From contig NMRA01000140.1 of assembly GCA_002633005.1 (NCBI GenBank), positions 248,001 through 312,000 on the forward strand: 64,000 nt of DNA, in the 5' to 3' direction. The translations under genes were made by a program, and so were the position numbers. Below are positions 63,004 to 64,000 of the stretch, in pieces. Positions within the stretch are counted from its first letter, which is position 1. Every line of letters begins with the position of its first letter. The notes under the pieces are model-generated. The model was not told the origin of the DNA, searched no databases, and saw nothing but the letters and a program-made list of their open reading frames with translations. The DNA is from Phoronis australis (Eukaryota > Animalia > Phoronida).

Positions 63004-64000
63004 CAAAAATATTTTTGCTGAAATGGCAGATTGTGGGAATTTGTAAAGATGCGACGATGAAAAAAAGTGTTCGAGGAAAAGTATTTCGGAGCCAGCAAAA
63101 ATCTGAAGAACCCCACACGGAGTTCAAGTTCACTTGAAAACTGATCCTATATCTTCATGTAAAGCTGGATATTTACCTTAAAGTCGAATTATCTGTACGA
63201 TGCCATAGATTTCAGAATATTTCGAGAACTTAGATCTCAAAAATCTGACTATGCAAAATTTGACACAGAAAATCAATCTCCAAAAACCAACAATACTAGA
63301 CAAAACGTGAATGATAATTTGATTGGGGTTTGTTCATTTGAAGTTACTGGACAAGAATATTATGACATTAGGTGAAAAAATTGCTAAAAAAGAGAAAAAT
63401 GCCCTCCTGTTGGCCAGAAAACATACTAATACATTCTGAACTCCTACCAAAAGAACAACACTGTTGACCATTTGGAACTTGATAAAGATTTAATACCACA
63501 ACCTACATATAAATAACATACATTTCCAAGCTTCTGCAATGAACTTACAGTCACCACTTTCATTAATTGTCATAATTATCATTATCCACACTGCAGTTCA
63601 CTGTCAACTGTCACAGGAGAACGATACACCGTGCAGTTCTGATTGCCACGAGCATGATAAAAATTGTCAATATTTTCCATTAGGTTAAAAATTTAAAGTT
63701 ATTTAACAACATAGCACAAATTTATTATGTTTCTTCATCCACTCCATCATCATTTACGTCATCATTATTGTCATCAAAACTTGTTTCTTGAGACACCATA
63801 TTTACACAAGACAGTCACACAGCTTGGAACATGGGATGCCTCACTTCAAACAAGAGTACATTTTTGTACTACAACCACTTTTTTACACTTGCAATTAACA
63901 TTTTAATGAAATTTTTTGGGGCTAAACTCAGAGTCATCCAATGGAACTTCAGACTATCCTGCGCCAAATGCCACCCATTACCAACTGGAGATGGTGCACT

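Larger units (their letters stand above)
36575..64000 (+). repeat. Segmental duplication (or haplotype) copy B, with about 14 kb of extra intron-2 sequence
   Basis: Direct alignment to copy A; similarity runs to the window end. Confidence 0.95.

Overview
AT-rich eukaryotic draft scaffold, probably a marine invertebrate (species cannot be determined), with spliced genes, two N-gaps (43540-44508, 49759-50366) and dense transposon debris. The backbone is a large direct duplication: copy A (1344 to at least 15549) and copy B (36575 to the window end), roughly 95% identical by eye, with many indels. It carries a 3-exon gene that is complete in copy B (35949-36624, 42208-42333, 59628-60070; 414 aa) and 5'-truncated in copy A. 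The protein has an N-terminal membrane anchor, a hevein/chitin-binding-like Cys module and an SGNH/GDSL-type domain (GDS...GxH...DGTH). Between the copies lie two exons of NDUFB2 on the minus strand; I could not find its first coding exon. Mobile DNA includes a TTAA-targeting, THAP-encoding Kolobok-like family whose long TIRs appear to contain the THAP start at both ends, TA-flanked Tc1/mariner-type MITEs, many CAGTGGCGGAT-type MITEs, hAT and Academ-like transposase relics, and Tx1/L1, CR1/L2-ORF1 and RNase-H LINE relics. Comparing A with B exposes an empty TTAA site, a TA-CCGG-TA excision footprint, microhomology indels and amino-acid-biased divergence of the gene. The duplication could be two uncollapsed haplotypes, and one internal contig is probably mis-oriented. 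All family assignments come from motif recognition, not database searches.
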